Below are positions 13,018 through 25,465 of a stretch of 64,000 bases of DNA, piece after piece (position 1 is the stretch's first letter; the number at the start of each line of letters is the position of its first letter). The stretch is from Octopus bimaculoides (taxonomy: Eukaryota), in contig NC_068981.1 of NCBI RefSeq assembly GCF_001194135.2, forward strand, positions 13,906,061 through 13,970,060, given 5' to 3'. The notes under the pieces are model-generated. The model was given only the letters and a program-made list of their open reading frames with translations, had not been told where the DNA came from and did no database searches. A program made the translations under genes and the position numbers.

Positions 13018-13326
13018 AAAGCGTGTGGCTTATTGGTTAGGGCATGCGTCTCACGATCGTAAGGTCGTGAGTTCAATTGCTAGAGACACTTTGTGTCCTT
13101 CAGCAAAACTTTATTTCACGTTGTTCTTTTCCACTCAGCTGAGTACTACTTGAATTTCAAAGGGCTGGCCTTGTCACACTTTGTGTCATGTGTAATCTCC
13201 CTGAGAACTACGTTAAGTGTACACGTGACTATAAAGTGCTCAGTCACTTGCATGTTAATTTCACAAGCAAGCTGTTCCGTTGATCGCATCAGCTGAGACC
13301 CTCGTCGTCGTAACCGACGGAGTGCT
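13018..13326 (+). mobile_element. tRNA-type SINE, family A, diverged copy
   Basis: tRNA-like head (tggcttattggttagg…gagttcaattg). The body matches 18914-19301 (gttaatttcac…ccgttgatc…cgtcgtaaccgacggagtgc). Confidence 0.8.
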
Positions 13327-13346
13327 CTTATATATATACACATACA

Positions 13347-13526
13347 CTTTTACTCATTGTAATTTGACTGTGGCCATGCTAGAGCACCACCTTTAGTCGA
13401 ATAAATCAACCCCAGTACTTATTCTTTTTAAGCCTAGTACTTATTCTTTTGCCGAACCGCTAAGTGATGGGGACGTGAGCACACCAACATCGGTTGTCGA
13501 GTGATGGTGGGGGACAAACAGACACA

Positions 13527-13570
<44 letters not shown>

Positions 13571-13730
13571 TATATATATGTAAATGTCGGGCTTCTTGCA
13601 ATTTCCAAATCCACTCACAAGGCTGTGGTCGGTCCGAGGTTATAGTAGAAGACACTTGCCCCAAGGTGCCACGCAGTGGGACTGAACCCGGAAGCATGTG
13701 GTTGGAAGGCATGCTTCTTAGCCACTCCTA
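13347..13730 (-). mobile_element. tRNA-type SINE, family B, near full length
   Basis: Reverse complement of 59856-60238, including the internal (CA)n tract. Confidence 0.85.
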
Positions 13731-14929
13731 TANNNNNNNNNNNNNNNNNNNNNNNNNNNNNNNNNNNNNNNNNNNNNNNNNNNNNNNNNNNNNNNNNNNN
13801 NNNNNNNNNNNNNNNNNNNNNNNNNNNNNNNNNNNNNNNNNNNNNNNNNATATATATATATATATATAGTGTAGTATATTGCCACTTAAGTGTGGCTGAC
13901 CCCTAGGTGTGGATGTTACTGTTGCTTTTAGCCCCAGGAGGACATCTCCTCCAGCTGGCTTATCGACACACGACTGTGTCCTGTTTGCCAAGGGAAGTTA
14001 TCCCTCTCACCATGATCTGCAGCACGAATGGTGAGAGGCATGGATTGTGCATCACCATAAATGGTATGATTTGTTCTTGTTTGTTCTCTTCTTTGTGTTG
14101 TCCTCAGTTGTTGTGTAGGTATCTTCATAGCCTACTGAATAACATTTTCTATAAGTAGTGACAGGTATTTTTGTTTCAGTAGAAATTCATTCACTTCCAT
14201 CAAGCACTGATTCTTGATCTTCAAATCTTCTACTATATGACTTTTATAGATGTGATTGTACTAATACTAATACTAATATGTGTGTGCATGTGCCGGCAAG
14301 TGTGTTTTTAATGGTTTTAAAAGACGTTAAATATGCAGAGATACACATTCGCTCAAACGTGTATATTACCTATTTTGATATACATGCATTTATCTTATTT
14401 ATTGCTAATGTTCTCTATCTATCTATCTACCACTAATTTTTTAATAGTATATTCAGATTCATTGAGCAATTTAGCAAAACTTGCATCGAAGTATAGTTAT
14501 CGCTTGTGTTCAATATTTGTCAACATAACATGTAATTTAAAGAAAGAATTTGACATTTCGCATAAGGACGTTTCTGTAGAATTTACATAGCTGGTCATGT
14601 TATAATTACCATAGCTAAAATACAAATTTTTGAGTGAATTTGAAACGAAGTTCTTTCTCCTCACTATTTTGAATGATTTAAATATATATCTGTTTATTCA
14701 GTTTTATCACAAAACAAATATACATTCCATTAAGCATACATACACACATGCGTATGTATATATGTATATCCGTAGGTATGTATGCATGTATGTATGAATG
14801 TACGTATGTATGTATGTATGTATGTATGTATGTATGTATCTGTGTATGCATTCATTTCTTTTGAAGTCATACAGGAAGATATTGAAACAATTGTAGCAAA
14901 TAATAAAATTATATTTGTTTGGAAACTAG

Positions 14930-15515
14930 AAACAACATCAGCAATTTGGGAGGGACGATGAATCAATAATATCGATCCTTATGCTTGACTGAAACGTTAT
15001 ATTATCGGAAGGATGAAAGAGAAAATTATCCTCGACTCAGAACGGAAAGAACCGGAAAAATACGGTAAAGAGATTTTTTTTTCCAACGCCCTAAACAAAC
15101 TGCCTCGTAATATTTGTTTTAAATTTTGGCACACAGACAGGAATTGGGGTGGGGGGAGTGGGTAATGCGATAGCATTGAGCCCAGTTCTTCATGGATATT
15201 TTACTTTATGGACACTCATGGAATGACGGGTAAAAGGGATCCTGTCGACATTGGAACTAATATCGTAAAACCCGGAAGAAATGTTACTAAGCAGTTTATC
15301 CGACGCGTTAACACTTTGTCCAGCTGGTTACTTTAATAATATTAATAATAATGATTTCAAATTTGGCACAACGCCATCAGTGTCGGGGAAGTGGGGAAGT
15401 CAATTACATTGATCCCCCAATACTTAATCAGTACTTATTTTATCGTCCTCGAAAAGATGAAATGCAAAGTCGACCTCGGCAGAATTTGAACTCAGAACGT
15501 AAAGACAGACAAAAT
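14930..15515 (-). mobile_element. Three tandem diverged SINE family C copies
   Basis: Repeated gaaaggatgaaa…gtcgacctcggcagaatttgaactcagaacgtaaagac blocks near 14960, 15170 and 15410. Confidence 0.7.
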
Positions 15516-16554
15516 GAAGAAGAAGAAGAAGAATTCGTCAATGGTCGTGCTAATATATTTGAAATTACTACTCAAGTATTCATTATAGCNNNNNNNNNNN
15601 NNNNNNNNNNNNNNNNAAATAAATAGAAAAATTTAAAAAAATAGAAATTCGCTTTGTATTTGAGAAATATTTATATATTGTATTATAGCTCCTATCCGAA
15701 TGCGAAGTCTTACATTTGGAATACGAAATGTACTCTTTGTGAGATTTAACATAAAAACAAACGGCATTTGAAATAACTTCCGAATCGATTTATGTTACAT
15801 GAAATTTCCGGTTTGTGACAGCCAAAGACAGCGCATTTATAAGTAAGTCAACTTCAAACGCAGTTTCTTTTCCTCATCCATGAGAATAATATATTTGACT
15901 GCCGATATATTCACATGAATATATCGAATATATACATATATACACAAACACACACCTTTGTGTATGTACGCGCGGACACACACACACACACATACACACG
16001 TGGACAACAGAAGAAAAGGGAACTCAACACAGTTTCATAGGAGTTACATATGGTATTTAATAAAAGTTTCATTCAGCTGCAGGTAACTTAATGTTTCATT
16101 AGCTCGTTAAACAAATCTATCTCGTCAGGTACGACAAGTTCAAGTTGGCTTCTAGATACTGGGCTGCTTATTGCTCAACGCGGCTCACATGGTGTCATAG
16201 ATATGATTGCGATATCAGTGCCTATTTCGTCACGTTGTGTTACAAAATGAATGTCAATTGCATCAGAATAGACGATATCACCCACACCATCAGCAGCTGT
16301 TGAAAAATACACACAAAGCACTATCTTCTTAGACACAAAGGGTTTTTCTGATGGCCATATCAAAACTTTCATTCACCAAAATGTATACTTACACTTCAGA
16401 GTGATGGATTCGAGTAGAACATTCCAATAGAATGCAGCAATGTTTTTTGGAAGCATTTTTATAAATATACGTTATATATATATATAAATAGTTATATATC
16501 ATATAACACGTGGCGAAATTCTTAAAGTGATGGATTCAATACTCGGAAACAGAA

Positions 16555-16780
16555 GGTGAGTTGGCAGAATGGTTGGCAGAACGGTTGGCAGAACGGCGGG
16601 CAAAATGCATAGCGGCGTTTGATCCTTCTTAAACATTTTGATCTCAAATTTCGCCGAGGTTCGACTTTGACTTTCATTCTTTTGGGGTCCGTAGAATAAG
16701 TAGCAGTTGAGCACTGGAGTCGCAGTAATCAACTTACCCACTCCACCAAAATTGCTGCCTTTGTGTCAAAATTTGAAATC
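16555..16780 (+). mobile_element. SINE family C copy with triplicated 12-mer at its 5' end
   Basis: (ttggcagaa(t/c)gg)x3 followed by the family C body (tcaaatttcgccgaggttcgactttg). Confidence 0.7.
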
Positions 16781-16849
16781 GATATACTCGGAAAAGAATA
16801 TGACCTATTTCTTTGGAATATTGTGAAATGCGCAATATGTATACACACA

Positions 16850-16886
<37 letters not shown>

Positions 16887-17184
16887 ACACACACACACAC
16901 ACACATACACACACAGACACACACACACACACACACGCTCACACACATATATATCTTTTAATTTGTTTGTCGCTGGGTTGCGGCCAAGCTTCAGCACAAC
17001 CTCAAAGACGTTATTCAAACAACTAGAGCCAGTAATGTTTTTAAAGCCTTGTAGTTATTTTATCAATCTGAAACGGTGGTAGGGAGAAATACACACACAG
17101 ACACACAAGCACACACACATACACACACACACACAAGCATGCACACACACACACAAGCATGCACACACACACACGCACATACGT

Positions 17185-17310
17185 ATATATACGGTGGGCT
17201 TCTTTCACTATCATTCTACCAAATCCACTTACAAGGCTTTAGTAGACCCAGAAATACAGCAGGTGTCACTTGCCCAAGGTCCCACGCAGTGGGACAACAC
17301 TCAGAACCAT
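17185..17310 (-). mobile_element. SINE family B, 5' half
   Basis: Contains accaaatccacttacaaggcttt…cacttgcccaaggtcccacgcagtgggac. Confidence 0.75.
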
Positions 17311-18874
17311 GTTTTGGGGAATCAATCTAGAGAGAGAATGATCATATTACTTATAGTTTGTTATATATTTCTGTAGAAGTTTTCAGTGGAAGAATCTTAC
17401 GAGTGCGTCTTGCCTGTTAATATGAAAGGAAATAATGCAACATGATTTGATTGATTCGAAAAGATTTTTCCCACTTAGAATTCCGCACGGATGTGTTTGT
17501 TTAAATATACGTATACACAATTATAAATGTGTGTATGCATATAAACGGTTACGTAATGTTTATATGTTTTGATTCCTATTTGTATATGGTTCTGTGTGCA
17601 GAATTGTGTAAGATTCTGGTTGTGATAGAAGTAATTATATAAATATATAAATAGAATGCAGTGGGAGCGTTTTATTTCTTTCTGTTTCTAACTTGATTTA
17701 AGAGGTGAATTCGAGTACAAAGCAAAGAAATCACCATCCAATGTACAATTGTTTAGAAATATATTATTTTTCGTGTGTATATTTCGGTTGTGAAATATCA
17801 AGAATAACTTTACTCTAGCAATGTTTAGACGTTTGACGGCATAGTGTAATTGACCTGACATGAGATTGTTTACTCAAAGTGCTGGGTCATATTGAAGCAG
17901 ACATAAGTCTTGTCGACTGCAATAACATTGAAATTCTCTCAGAGAGAAATGATAAACGATCTCGTGCAATCTGGCGAATTATTTCCAGTGAACAAATATC
18001 TACACTACAGCAGGAAGTATAAAGTTGCTTTTCAATCATTTTCACTTCAGATTTTAGCTTCCGCAACATAAATCTACACAAGGGAATACAAAGAAAGACA
18101 AGGATCACTGAGGTAGGTGTGAAATAGCGTGGAAATCAGGCTAAAATCGTTATTTATTTAGTGTTTATATCTATGCATGCGCACAGACACACATTCATTC
18201 CCATAAACATAGGAACACATATGCTAACGCTCTATTGGTAGTAATGGAAGTATCTACAGCATCTCCGTAAAATCATGGTGTGATTTCAGAATTATTCATT
18301 GATGTAACTTGCAAAACTATTCATTTCATATACATGTTGAATAAGAGACCAATTAATAAAATTATGATCAGATTGATGAGGCTTCTATTTGTTGCCGTGC
18401 ACACGTATAATCAATACTCCAGTCGGAAGAGTGAAGAAATCGCGAGATGCACGCGCAGCCAGTCACGTAACTTTTCACTGGAATGTACTTAATATGCAGC
18501 TTATGTAGAATGAAAGGTATTTTATTTGATAATGGCACAACACTACCTTGGCCATAGCCAATATGCCACATCAAGTAAACCTGTGTATATTAGGTACAGG
18601 AATAAAATCATTTCAGTATGAGATATATTTACAACGTACAGCATTCTGTTATTAATACGAGACTTCACTCTCTATTCTTGTCATACAGAATGAAACCAAC
18701 CACGAAGATGGTGTGTTCCTCAAGCCATGTGTCTCTGTTCATTTCTCTTCCTCTCTCCATTTTAGCGTCCATTTTATTCTAGCAGCTCTTACATTTTCAG
18801 TGGTCTAAGGACCTTGTAACGAGCGAATGCACACACACACACACGTGCGCACACACACACATGTTTACATAGAT

Positions 18875-19440
18875 GACGAGCTTCTTTTACTTTCCGTCTA
18901 CCTAATCCACCCAGTGGAGGCGCAGTGGCCCAGTGGTTAGGGCAGCGGACTCGCGGTGGAAGGATCGCGGTTTCAATTCCCAGACCGGGCGTTGTGAGTG
19001 TTTATTGAGCGAAAACACCAAAAGCTCCACGAGGCTCCGGCAGGGGATAGTGGCGAACCCTGCTGTACTCTTTCACCACAACTTTCTCTCACTCTTTCTT
19101 CTTGTTTTTTTTATAACTGTATTTCAAAGGGTCAGCCTTGTCACACTGTGACACGTAGAATATCCACAAGAACTACGTTAAGGGTACACGTGTCTGTGGA
19201 GTGTTCAGCCACTTGCACGTTAATTTCACGAACAGGCTATTCCGTTGATCGGATCAACTGGAACCCTCGACGTCGTAAGCGACGGAGTGCCAACAACAAC
19301 AACCTAATCTACCCACAAGGCTTTGTCGGCTCGAGGTCATTGTAAAAGACATTTGCCCAATGTGTCAGGCTTTGAAACTAAACCCGGAAGCATGTGGTCG
19401 GGAAGCAAGCTTCTTACCACAAAGTCACGCCTGCACTTAT
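18875..19440 (-). mobile_element. SINE family B 5' half, interrupted by a family A SINE
   Basis: gacgagcttctt…tttccgtctacc continues as acccacaaggcttt…cttgcccaa…aacccggaagcatgtgg after the insert. Confidence 0.8.
18914..19301 (+). mobile_element. tRNA-type SINE, family A, full length with TSD
   Basis: Pol III A box (tggcccagtggttagg), B-like box (ggtttcaattcc) and (CAA)n tail. 14-bp TSD acctaatc(c/t)accca at 18900-18913 and 19302-19315. Confidence 0.9.
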
Positions 19441-19727
19441 TGGGGAATTCGCAGTTTAAATTTACAATGAAAACACAAAGTGAGAGGACACTTAGCAAAT
19501 ATCAATATTATTTTAAGATATAGCAATGGCATCTTTCATTATTACCACTGAAATAAATGATCAACTGTTTACCATCTCATTTTTCTAACTCTGTATGCTA
19601 GAATTCCTAATATACGATGACCTCTTTAAACTTTTCTTCGTAAATATATTGTTTAGGAAAGATAACTTTCTTCCTTAGCAATCATTAATCTATTTCTCTT
19701 ATAACTTTTCCTTGAAGATACTAGTTA

Positions 19728-19788
<61 letters not shown>

Positions 19789-19966
19789 NNNNNNNNNNNN
19801 NNNNNNNNNNNNNNNNNNNNNNNNNNNNNNNNNNNNNNNNNNNNNNNNNNNNNNNNNNNNNNNNNNNNNNNNNNNNNNNNNNNNNNNNNNNNNNNNNNNN
19901 NNNNNNNNNNNNNNNNNNNNNNNNNNNNNNNNNNNNNNNNNNNNNNNNNNNNNNNNNNNNNNNNNN

Positions 19967-19999
<33 letters not shown>

Positions 20000-20149
20000 C
20001 ATTTATTTATTTAATTCAAATATTAGATATTACACTCTGTAAATGACATTTACTCGATATTTTACCATTTTTTTTTCTTTTATGCATAATGCATTCATTA
20101 TGCCAGCAGTAGCTGTGCAGCCTACTAAATATAAACGAAGGTATCGCTG

Positions 20150-20525
20150 TGTGATGAAGATGCTCGCTTTGTAACCACGTGGTTTTGTGTTCAGTTCCAC
20201 AGTGCCGTATCTTGGGGAAGTGTCTTGTACTATATCGCTGGGCTATGCAATTCTTTGTAAGTGAATTCTATAGATACAAACTATGTGGATGCTCATCGTA
20301 AAAAAATACATATCTTTGTGTGAGTCTTTTGCGTTCGCACTTGTGACCCACCACCACCACGTGACTACCGATTATGGTTTGTTAGTCCCTACAACTAGCA
20401 ATTTCGCAAGAGGGACCAAATATGTCCAGTACAAGACTTAAAATGTCAATCTTAGTGTCGACTTGATCGAACCCGTTCAATTCAGTACTCCAGCTTGGCC
20501 ATATTCCTATGACTAAAACAAGTAA
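20150..20525 (+). mobile_element. Old SINE family B copy
   Basis: Diverged matches to both halves (gttcagttccacagtg…gtgtcttgtactata; ccagcttggcc…gactaaaacaagtaaaa). Confidence 0.65.
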
Positions 20526-22491
20526 AATATAAAAATGTAAGAAATGAATAACTGCTAATAGACAAACTAATTTTAATTTGAATTTGTTTCTCAGTCATAA
20601 TTTCAGAAAAGTATATCTTTCTCCTTGAGAAGAAATGTTTATCTGCTTATAAATACTAACTTCCTTTTATATTATAAATATAGACGACTAACTGGATATC
20701 ATTGAAAATCTATGCTGAATTCTGCACTTGTATGATGGTAGGTAAAAATGATTTAGCTAACTTTTGACAAATGTACTAATGTATACATAATAATGTATCC
20801 TGGAATAATCCTTGAATAAAAAAAAAGAATACAGGTCTTTAGTGCATATAATAGTAATCTATTTTATGCCATTTTGTGACATGGAAAAGAAACAAATCGG
20901 GTCTCAACGTACTTTGCTATCAACGCGTAGGTGACTGCATTATCGATTGCAGTATAAAACGAGGACCTGTATCAGTTTTCAAATTAAGTACTAGCTGCGC
21001 GTTTCTCCTCTTTCAACAACACAAGTTTATTTCCGTAACTGAAAGATATGCCGTTGGATTCCAGTCTATTTCATTTGATCTCTGTACATTCATACATATA
21101 ATAGTCAATAATATATAAAGCATGTACAATTTTTCTCCGCGAAATGGTTTATATTTTTACTAAGCTTACTGTGTATAATGTTATCTCTATAGTTATTTAT
21201 TCATAAACAAGTTGCATTTGTACGTTTGTTTCTCAGCAGCATGTATATAATTGAAAAACATTCCTGCATTTGAAAAGCTTTGTATGAATTTATAACAATT
21301 AGCATAGTTCTAAAAATAAATGCATGACCTCAGAACCTATTTCATTCAGCTTTATTGCTGGAACATAATATAATAGTAGTAACAATGAAATTTATTGTCT
21401 TTTATTTTCTTTATCTATATAACTTTCCAAGAATTTAACAAGAAAATCTTGCTATTCACTAATGTTTCAAAATTTACCTTTTGACCAATTGTTGTAAAGA
21501 AAAGTGATATCGCTGTACCACGTCTGGTTAATTGTATCATCACATTTTTTGCGCCGCAGGAACTTTCAATTAGATATAACATTAAGTATTCGGAAAAGAG
21601 TCACGACTTCGAACACATTATTATCTATTATTTAAACGATCAATGCATGCTGACAATTATTACGGCTTGCCTACGAATTCGCTTGCGGAGAGATGTGCAA
21701 ACATATAACTGTATTAACATGAATGACTCCAACTCATTAACCCCTTCTTTAGCAAAATATATCTACTTTCGGAACACTGCAGTAATCATGTAAATTCCGT
21801 TAGATTCTATATCATTGATTTATTTTAAATATATACGGTATCAGCGTTTTACTTTTTATCGGAACTTTACAATATGAAATAAGATGACTTTATAAATAAA
21901 TTCATTTTGTAACTATTTCTCGATATTGTCCTGTATCTCCATGATATGTAGCTAATTTTTCCGTGCATTTTACTTTAAAACCATTTCACTATTTACATAG
22001 ATTGTTTGTTTTTCTTAATTTCTTTCTTTCTTTTTTTTTCTTTTTCTTTTTGATATATCGTAATCATTTGTGTTGCTAAAAATTGACCATAGTTTTTTCT
22101 GTGTGACTTTTTGCCTTTTTCGTCCTCCATAACTTATTCGAATCAATTATGTTATTTTCCCCTGGTTTAAGTTTTATTTGTCTCGTCTTCTTTTCCAGCA
22201 TATCCACATCTCTGATTGTGTTACCTGTTCTAATCGAAATAGAAATCTGATAACTACAGTTTCCCTTTTAATTTGGATTTCAAGTAAACATCATTTGCAA
22301 TTTTTTTCAATGAATTGATCGAGATACGTTCAGACTTTTCTCGCATTCTTATAACGAAATATCTAGAAAATAGTAACCAATATAAATATCATTTATAATT
22401 AACCACAAATGTGGCATCCTTTTTAAGGATCGCTTTATCAAATTTGTTCACTTTCCTTTTATCAGTATTTGTATTCTTTACATATATGTGT

Positions 22492-22735
22492 AGAGGCGCA
22501 TGGCTTATTAGTTAGGTGTTGGTTTCATGATCGTAAGATTGTGTTTTCGATTCCTGGACAGGGCGATACATTGTGGTCTTGAGCAAAACTCTTCCTTTCA
22601 CGTTGCTCCAGTCCACTCAGCTAGTAAGAACGTGTAAATTTGCTGTGGACCGACGTCCCGTCCAGAGGGGAGCATATATACGCAAGAGAAACCGGGAAAT
22701 CGTCTCTATGCTCCTTACAGAGTAGTGTGGACTAA
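22492..22735 (+). mobile_element. Old tRNA-type SINE (family A-related head)
   Basis: Contains gaggcgcatggcttattagttagg…ttcgattcctggacagggcg…gctccagtccactcagct. Confidence 0.65.
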
Positions 22736-24001
22736 TCATACGTATATGTAGGTATTAGTTTCGAACACAGCAACTACAATGAATTATATACTTAACTGAT
22801 GAGATCAGAAAAAAGGCGAAATATGTTCCAATATGTCTCTTATATTTGTCCAGCGTAAAACGCTATATGCGCAAGGCTATGATAGTCAATTAAAAATTAA
22901 ATCGGTATTTGTTAGTGACTAAAACCTAAACGTTTCTCCTCACCGTATAGTGATTTATAGTCAGCTCATTAATATTCCACAGATTGTGTTCATGCATTTT
23001 ATACCGTTCTGTAATTATATGATGAAATCAAACACAAAATTTTATTATAACAAACAGGAAAATATAACTACTTCAGTTATTTTCAAAGGCGTTAGCTATA
23101 TCATATTTTAGCTCTTTACAAATATAAAAGAAATGGGTGGAAAAATAAAACTTAAGCATCTATAAATAGAGCTGAATACAAAGAAAGTTCAGTAGAAAAT
23201 GCCCATTTAATTGCATTGGATTAGATGGGGAGGACTTTTGTAGAATATAATAAGACAAACAAAAATCGAGACACGGGATTTCTATATACTTTTCTCAAGC
23301 TAATGAACATGTTTGAGAAACCAAATTTAAGGTATTTTATTTGTTCTTGTTATCGACTTGTGTTCCATTATCATTCATTGTTTGACCCGCATTTCTATAC
23401 TGTTTGCAGCTCCACAAATAGCAGGTGATTGATATATGCATCTTTATCACGATATCATTAACTGAAAGTATTATCTACTGATATTGTGATGCCATTAAAG
23501 ATGGCAATTATGCAAGGTAAATGCTTATTTCATCAGGCTTTCTAACTCTTGTTTCACTATCTATAACTCTAAGCCCCCTATTTCATATTCCTTACAACAG
23601 TTCACTTATCTATTTCGTTTCTATACCAGGATTGCTTTTTAGCATAGGTTTAATGCCTTGTAGATATCATTTCTAAATTACTAATGCACGTTTTACTGTA
23701 GCTGCTACTTTCATTATTGTTGCTGATACTGGAATTATAAATATTATTTCCTTATCTATCACCAAACACTTCATATATTAATCTACTTTTCTTCTAATTC
23801 CTTCCATCTTCATGCAGTTTCATTTTAAGCTGGTGCGTTTAATGCATTAATGGCTACACGGGCATATAAATTTTGCATATTGCTTTCAAACATAACAAGC
23901 CTTGCAGTTATTTCATCATTATCACCGACGTTATCTACAGAACATCATCATCAGTAGCAGCTGCTACTTCCGCAGCGGCGCAGCAGCAACATCGGTAGTA
24001 C

Positions 24002-24032
<31 letters not shown>

Positions 24033-24344
24033 GGTAGTGGAAGTGTGTTGATAAAAGCATTTTGTTAAAAGTTCAGTAAAGCTATTATGCAAAACACCGA
24101 TAAAACGACCACTGCATTTGTCTCCGCGAATTACATATATTACTTACTGTATATGATCCAATGTTTGTAAATAATATGAGAGTCCAACGAGGAAGCTCGG
24201 GGACAACGACTAAGTAGGTGCAAGGCGAGAGTTCATAATAATTTATTCAGTAGAAATATATCAGCAAATTGAAAAGATATTGCGCAATCCATGTTTAACG
24301 ATACCATTATACTGTAATTCGTTTACAATGTTCTCTAAGCATCG

Positions 24345-24388
<44 letters not shown>

Positions 24389-24627
24389 GAATGTTAATAC
24401 ATGCCCAACGTTGAACTCCTCATTCGTATCATTATCGAACCTGGAGCTTAACTATAGTCTGTCCCTAGCACTTGCTGAGCATTACTTGACACATTTGGGC
24501 CTTCTTGACACCAATACCTATCATATCCTATATATATGGGAGAATGTACGAAAAAAAACAACAACAGACGAGGACAGGTGGTGTAAACAACAAAAGGATG
24601 TATTAGTTTGACGCTCGGGAATACAGA

Positions 24628-24668
24628 AAGTCTTTAACGTTTCAAGCTACGCTCTTCAACAGAAAGAA
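24628..24668 (-). ncRNA. Minimal hammerhead-ribozyme-like motif (Penelope-type), variant core
   Basis: Minus strand: cttt CUGUUGA a gagc gua gcuu GAAA CGU UA aaga. Stem II gagc/gcuu, palindromic AACGUU stem III; A6 is replaced by U. Confidence 0.5.
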
Positions 24669-25430
24669 TACGGAGAAAACAAGGAGAAAAACACGGAAAA
24701 TCCTGTCTCCACTCATCAAACACGAACTTCTGGATTCTACATTCTTTCATTCTGGATTTATTCTTTCTGGACTGTTTTATTCTGAACTCTACACTCTCCA
24801 GCTGCACCTCTCCTACCCACGGATTACACTGGACATATATNNNNNNNNNNNNNNNNNNNNNNNNNNNNNNNNNNNNNNNNNNNNNNNNNNNNNNNNNNNN
24901 NNNNNNNNNNNNNNNNNNNNNNNNNNNNNNNNNNNNNNNNNNNNNNNNNNNNNNNNNNNNNNNNNNNNNNNNNNNNNNNNNNNNNNNNNNNNNNNNNNNN
25001 NNNNNNNNNNNNNNNNNNNNNNNNNNNNNNNNNNNNNNNNNNNNNNNNNNNNNNNNNNNNNNNNNNNNNNNNNNNNNNNNNNNNNNNNNNNNNNNNNNNN
25101 NNNNNNNNNNNNNNNNNNNNNNNNNNNNNNNNNNNNNNNNNNNNNNNNNNNNNNNNNNNNNNNNNNNNNNNNNNNNNNNNNNNNNNNNNNNNNNNNNNNN
25201 NNNNNNNNNNNNNNNNNNNNNNNNNNNNNNNNNNNNNNNNNNNNNNNNNNNNNNNNNNNNNNNNNNNNNNNNNNNNNNNNNNNNNNNNNNNNNNNNNNNN
25301 NNNNNNNNNNNNNNNNNNNNNNNNNNNNNNNNNNNNNNNNNNNNNNNNNNNNNNNNNNNNNNNNNNNNNNNNNNNNNNNNNNNNNNNNNNNNNNNNNNNN
25401 NNNNNNNNNNNNNNNNNNNNNNNNNNNNNN

Positions 25431-25465
<35 letters not shown>

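Noticed and set aside
17880-18115. Exon-like signals on both strands (plus FSFRNINLHKGIQRKTRITE|gtaggt; minus 73-aa ORF)
   Set aside because: No family similarity, no consistent partner exons, and the two readings conflict.
18914-18990. tRNA-like sequences here and at 53275, 59856 and 62640
   Set aside because: These are SINE heads that continue into repeat bodies; no complete cloverleaf.
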